Shown here: positions 28,623 to 32,000 of the stretch, piece after piece
Layout: each line of letters opens with the position of its first letter
Numbering within the stretch: position 1 is the stretch's first letter
Assembly: GCF_002075285.3 (NCBI RefSeq)
Contig: NZ_CP021983.2
Span: forward strand, 4,860,001-4,892,000
Direction of reading: 5' to 3'
DNA: 32,000 bases
DNA from: Halomicronema hongdechloris C2206
Lineage (GTDB): Bacteria; Cyanobacteriota; Cyanobacteriia; Phormidesmidales; Phormidesmidaceae
The notes under the pieces: generated by a model
Database searches by the model: none
Told to the model about the DNA's origin: nothing
The model's input: only the letters and a program-made list of their open reading frames with translations
Made by a program: the position numbers and the translations under genes

Positions 28623-28655
28623 ACAGCCTACAAGACAAGGGTTACAGCCTACAAG
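28623..28655. promoter_or_regulatory. 12-bp direct repeat ACAGCCTACAAG x2 with 21-bp period, upstream of the DREN-APAZ gene (candidate operator or promoter element)
   Basis: Read directly at 28623-28634 and 28644-28655. Confidence 0.3.
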
Positions 28656-29674
28656 GGACTTAGCCGATTTGAACTCAATTTTGTCCCGTTTTATGTGGAT
28701 AGCCGGCAAACTTATAGTGGGCAGCCAATAGGTTTCAGCCGTTTCCCACAAGGCATTTTGTAGCCTCTTACACCATTTCAACCTCAGACCCGGAAGAGCC
28801 ATGCTGACAGATCTCTTTGGTTAGTGCAAACGAACCAAGTATAGCTGAACTATTTAATCGGTACCACTTACAGATACATTGGTGCGCAATCTTGCCCTAA
28901 CTGTCCCGTTAAGAACCATAAATTAGACAGTTAGGACTGTCAGATCACTAACGACCAGAATTTTTCCGGCTCTTTGGACTAAACTATGCTGACTGCATTA
29001 CTAAAAACCTCGAATCCCTTATGTAGAAATACTTGTAGGTCTTAGAAACTCAAACAGAGTCACGAATGCCGCAAAATCCTGCGCCGTAAGGATTCTAGCG
29101 ATTTTCAGGGCTGTATTGCATACCCTAGCCGGAAGACCCGTTTTTCCTCTGCTACAGCGTTTCCCGCTCTAGTGAGGTGCGAATACGGGGCTGTAATCCT
29201 TGTCTGTCAGGATTGGGTGTACCTCATCAGCCTTGGAAGCGCTGTATAACTGGGCCAAGATGCTAGTCGTTCATGTCGCTCAACCCGATTACGTCCGCTT
29301 CACCCAAATAGTTGCGCAGCGGCAACTCCTCTCAATCGCTGAGCCACGAACTGATTGTCTATTTCAGAATCCCCTTCCCTAAAGAGCCTCAAGGGAGCAG
29401 TACGATGTCACAAGAAATAATTCATAACCGATGCTAAAACGGATAAGGATATTGCCGCGAAGCTAAAGCGTTGGTGAACAACCCCGGAACATTAAGAATT
29501 GTGAGTGGTCTACGATGGTAATGATGTCAGTATGAGCGAGAGTTTAGAGAGCACCCGGCATCGTTCCCTTAGTGAGGTCGAAGCGTTGACCGCAGTTGTG
29601 GATCAATAAGCCACGATGACAGTACCGGAATTTCTCGCTAAAGTGCCCCATCAAACTGCTTAAAATTACCTCAA

Positions 29675-29959
29675 CTAGGTCACAAACTGAGAATTTGAGA
29701 TCACCTTTAAGGCAATCCCTGCGATCGCATACAGAATGCAGTTCTGCTCAAACTTTTTTCGCGCCTGCACCATACCGACACCCCGGCGAGCTTTGATGGA
29801 CTCGTACAGATAGGCCAGTGACAAGGCCATACAGACAATCTCAGCCACATCAAACGTGAACGATTGCCGCCAGGGTGTGGCAGGCCCTGAAATAAACAGC
29901 AATAGATACACCACCAGCAGTGCGCCCAGGGTGATTTTGAAGGTTGAATCACTCATCAT
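29675..29959 (-). CDS. Small membrane protein (about 3 TM helices)
   Basis: 94-aa ORF with ITLGALLVVYLLLFISG, VAEIVCMALSLAYLY and CILYAIAGIALKVI. Its start overlaps the stop of the upstream LRR reading frame (ATGATGAGTGA). Confidence 0.5.
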   Translation of the reverse strand: MMSDSTFKITLGALLVVYLLLFISGPATPWRQSFTFDVAEIVCMALSLAYLYESIKARRGVGMVQARKKFEQNCILYAIAGIALKVISNSQFVT

Positions 29960-30252
29960 AGTTCGACTCCCGATGATGTTTGGGCTTGAGGATTAACGAC
30001 GGTTGCGATCGCCGCGCTTGATAGAGCGCCTTCAGATTCTCAGGCGATGGTCGTTGACGTAGTCGCCCCAGAGGGGCTAGACCGGCCCTTAAGGGCCATC
30101 GCGAGGCGGAAATTTCCCAGTTCTGCCGGTCGGCTTCAGTGAGGTTGCTTGGTCCCAGAATTGCAGGTGGAAAGGGTAAGGGATTACGGCGCAGATCCAA
30201 AATTTTGAGTTGGGGTAACTCTTCGAGTCAATCAGGGCAAGTTTCAATTTGG
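29949..30252 (-). pseudogene. Leucine-rich-repeat protein gene, 3' part (downstream of the IS66 insertion), with an in-frame TGA at 30228-30230
   Basis: Reads (NQ)IETCPD(TGA)LEELPQLKILDLRRNPLPFPPAILG. The stop sits where LRR spacing predicts a hydrophobic or Trp residue. Confidence 0.7.
30245..30252. repeat. Target-site duplication CAATTTGG, left copy (IS66)
   Basis: The identical 8-mer at 31877-31884 abuts the other IS end. Confidence 0.85.
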
Positions 30253-30323
30253 GTAAACGTTCACGTGAGGCGTAAAGGAATGTGAAATCCGGCCATGGTC
30301 ATCCTCTGGTAATTTAAGGAACT

Positions 30324-30953
30324 ATGGATGAGCAATATCTCAATCAGCCAGAGGGAATTCCTTTAGAAGACTGGGAGCGCACTCCAGTCAGCGTCAAGCA
30401 ACTGGTTGGCCAGTTGAGTCAGCGCCTGGTGCAGTTAGAGCATCAATACCAGGACATGCAAGCGCAGATGCAGTTGCTGCAAGAGCAACTCAACCGGAAC
30501 TCAACCAACTCATCGCAACCCCCGTCATCCGACCCGCCGCAGGTCGAGCCCCGTCGTCGTCGCCGCAACCGAGGTCGAGGCCGAGGCGGTCACCCCGGCC
30601 ATCCCGGCCACCATCGCCGGTTGTTTGCGCCTGAGGCGTGTGAGACTATCAGCGATCATTATCCCGAGACCTGCGCCAACTGTGGTGCGGCCTTGAGCGG
30701 AGAAGACCCGAATCCCTATCGGCATCAAACCGTGGAGATGCCACCGGTCGTCCCTCAAGTGAAGGAATATCGCTTGCACCAACGGGTCTGTCCCCAGTGT
30801 GGTCATCGGACTCGTGCCAAATTGCCAACCGGTGTTTCTAGTCACGTTTATGGGCCTCGAGTCGTCGCTACGGTCGGTGTGCTCAGTAGTCTGTATCGCC
30901 CTCACAGCGCCTGGTGCAACAGGCCATGGCCGATTTATTCGGCCTCCCAATAG
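30324..30953 (+). CDS. IS66-family transposase, N-terminal part (leucine zipper / zinc finger)
   Basis: LQEQLNRNSTNSSQPPSSDPP, GGHPGHPGH, CANCGA ... CPQCGH, typical of the IS66 transposase N-terminus. Confidence 0.88.
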   Translation: MDEQYLNQPEGIPLEDWERTPVSVKQLVGQLSQRLVQLEHQYQDMQAQMQLLQEQLNRNSTNSSQPPSSDPPQVEPRRRRRNRGRGRGGHPGHPGHHRRLFAPEACETISDHYPETCANCGAALSGEDPNPYRHQTVEMPPVVPQVKEYRLHQRVCPQCGHRTRAKLPTGVSSHVYGPRVVATVGVLSSLYRPHSAWCNRPWPIYSASQ

Positions 30954-31858
30954 CCCTGGGCAGTGTCAATAATCTGCGCCAACAAGCCAGCGAGGCGGTG
31001 GCTGAACCGGTCGAGGTCGCCAAGACCTATGCTCGCCAACAACCGATTGTGGGCTCAGATGAAACCAGTTTTTCCCAAGGCAATGTGGATGGTCACAATC
31101 CTGAGGGACGTCAAGGTTGGCTCTGGGTGGTGGTGACGCCCTGGGTGAGCGTCTTTGAGGTGTTTCTCCATCACTCCCAACAGTCCGCCCAGGCCCTCTT
31201 AGGCGCAACGTTCGATGGCATTTTGATTTCAGATCGCCACAGCGCCTACACCTGGGTGGCCTTGGAGCGTCGGCAGCTCTGTTGGGCGCACTTGAAACGA
31301 GACTTCACCAAAATTGCCGAGCGCACAGGGGTGTCTCAAGGTTTAGGTGAGGCGCTGCTCGAGCAAGAACAGGCGTTATTTAAGCTCTGGTATCAGGTTC
31401 GAGATGGCACCTTAGCGCGTCCACAGTTTATCGAGGCGGTGAAGCCGATTCGCGAGCAGGTGAAGGCCCTGCTCACCGAAGGCGCTAGCTATGCCATCGG
31501 CCCTAAAGAGAAGACGCCGTTGGCGAAAACGGTGCGCACCTGTCAACGCTTATTAACGGTGGAACCGGCCCTCTGGCTCTTTATCACAGTGGAGGGGGTG
31601 GAACCGACTAATAATGATTCTGAGCGAGCGTTGCGACCAGCGGTCATCTGGAGAGGCATTAGTTTTGGCTCCCAGACGAAGGCCGGCAGTACCTTTGTGG
31701 CTCGAATGCTGACGGTGATAGCAACACTACGTTCTCAAAATCGCAGTATCCTCGAGTACATGACTGAGGCCTGTCGGGCAGCCCGTGAGGGGAAACCGGC
31801 TCCTTCATTATTGCCGCAAACTCCTAATACACAAGAGCGGGACTCACTTGCGGCTTAA
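30914..31858 (+). CDS. IS66-family transposase, DDE part, in the -1 frame relative to the N-terminal ORF
   Basis: LVQQAMADLFGLPIALGSV, GSDETSF, WLWVVVTP, ISDRHSAY, CWAHLKRDF. The frames join if the C3 run at 30899-30901 is read as C4 (LYRPSQRLVQQAM). Confidence 0.88.
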   Translation: MQQAMADLFGLPIALGSVNNLRQQASEAVAEPVEVAKTYARQQPIVGSDETSFSQGNVDGHNPEGRQGWLWVVVTPWVSVFEVFLHHSQQSAQALLGATFDGILISDRHSAYTWVALERRQLCWAHLKRDFTKIAERTGVSQGLGEALLEQEQALFKLWYQVRDGTLARPQFIEAVKPIREQVKALLTEGASYAIGPKEKTPLAKTVRTCQRLLTVEPALWLFITVEGVEPTNNDSERALRPAVIWRGISFGSQTKAGSTFVARMLTVIATLRSQNRSILEYMTEACRAAREGKPAPSLLPQTPNTQERDSLAA

Positions 31859-31876
31859 TACCCACTGGTCGATTAC

Positions 31877-32000
31877 CAATTTGGTTATTCTCAAGGTCTA
31901 ATTTTTCTAGCTCAATGAGCTGGCCGATGCACTCGGGTATCGTCGTGATTTGATTGCTATCGAGCCTAAGCTGAGTGAGATTGGCGATCTGGCCGAGGCT
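31877..32000 (-). pseudogene. Leucine-rich-repeat protein gene, 5'-ward part (continues beyond the window end)
   Basis: The reverse strand reads SLGQIANLTQLRLDSNQITTIPECIGQLIELEKLDLENNQI, a canonical LRR pattern. Confidence 0.8.

Larger units (their letters stand above)
30253..31876 (+). mobile_element. IS66-family insertion sequence (1624 bp, single transposase, no accessory tnpA/tnpB)
   Basis: The ends start GTAAACGTTCACGTG (left) and GTAATCGACCAGTGG (reverse complement of the right end); GTAA termini are typical of IS66. 8-bp direct repeat CAATTTGG. Excision restores the LRR reading frame. Confidence 0.88.

Noticed and set aside
28605-28802. 65-aa minus-strand ORF upstream of the DREN-APAZ gene
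   Set aside because: The translation (…CNPCLVGCPALNW) derives from the 12-bp direct repeats and overlaps the probable 5' region of the effector gene. Likely non-coding.
28789-29388. ISL3-like GGCTCTT termini at 28791-28800 (reverse), 28968 (forward) and 29381-29388 (reverse), as a possible MITE or solo end
   Set aside because: Only 8-10 bp of terminal match, and no flanking 8-bp direct repeat (ATTTTTCC versus TCAAGGGA). Matches of this length are expected by chance. One shared TATGCTG at the same offset as in the real IS is suggestive but insufficient.

Overview
The window looks like a cyanobacterial chromosome. The HIP1 palindrome GCGATCGC recurs, and the gene content fits (recA, bioB, coaX, PrxQ/BCP, a PucC-like MFS, TPR and pentapeptide proteins). 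Nt 1 to ~15.3 kb is ordinary core genome. From ~15.3 kb to the window end it is an accessory, defence-type island. On the minus strand this holds a DUF4058 gene, a translationally coupled GNAT + unknown pair, and a decayed Rpn/DUF4351-like relic. Next comes a 1313-aa NACHT-HEAT STAND NTPase anchored by membrane segments at both ends. On the plus strand is the 3' relic of a second short Argonaute; it is split by an ISL3 element whose exact ends and 8-bp target duplication can be read. A complete short-pAgo + DUF4365(DREN)-APAZ operon (SPARDA type) follows, in an AT-rich, HIP1-free block. Last is a leucine-rich-repeat gene interrupted by an IS66-family element, also with readable ends and an 8-bp duplication. 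The Argonaute operon and the NACHT protein are the main candidates for a biological system of interest. The pAgo/DREN-APAZ family itself has already been described, so any novelty lies in context and architecture. One caveat applies throughout. At least five genes, including a housekeeping inositol-monophosphatase-family gene and the DREN-APAZ gene, are broken by what looks like a 1-nt loss in a homopolymer run. This fits systematic assembly error as well as real pseudogenisation or programmed frameshifting. No rRNA, tRNA or CRISPR array was recognised. All family assignments come from motif reading by eye, not from searches.
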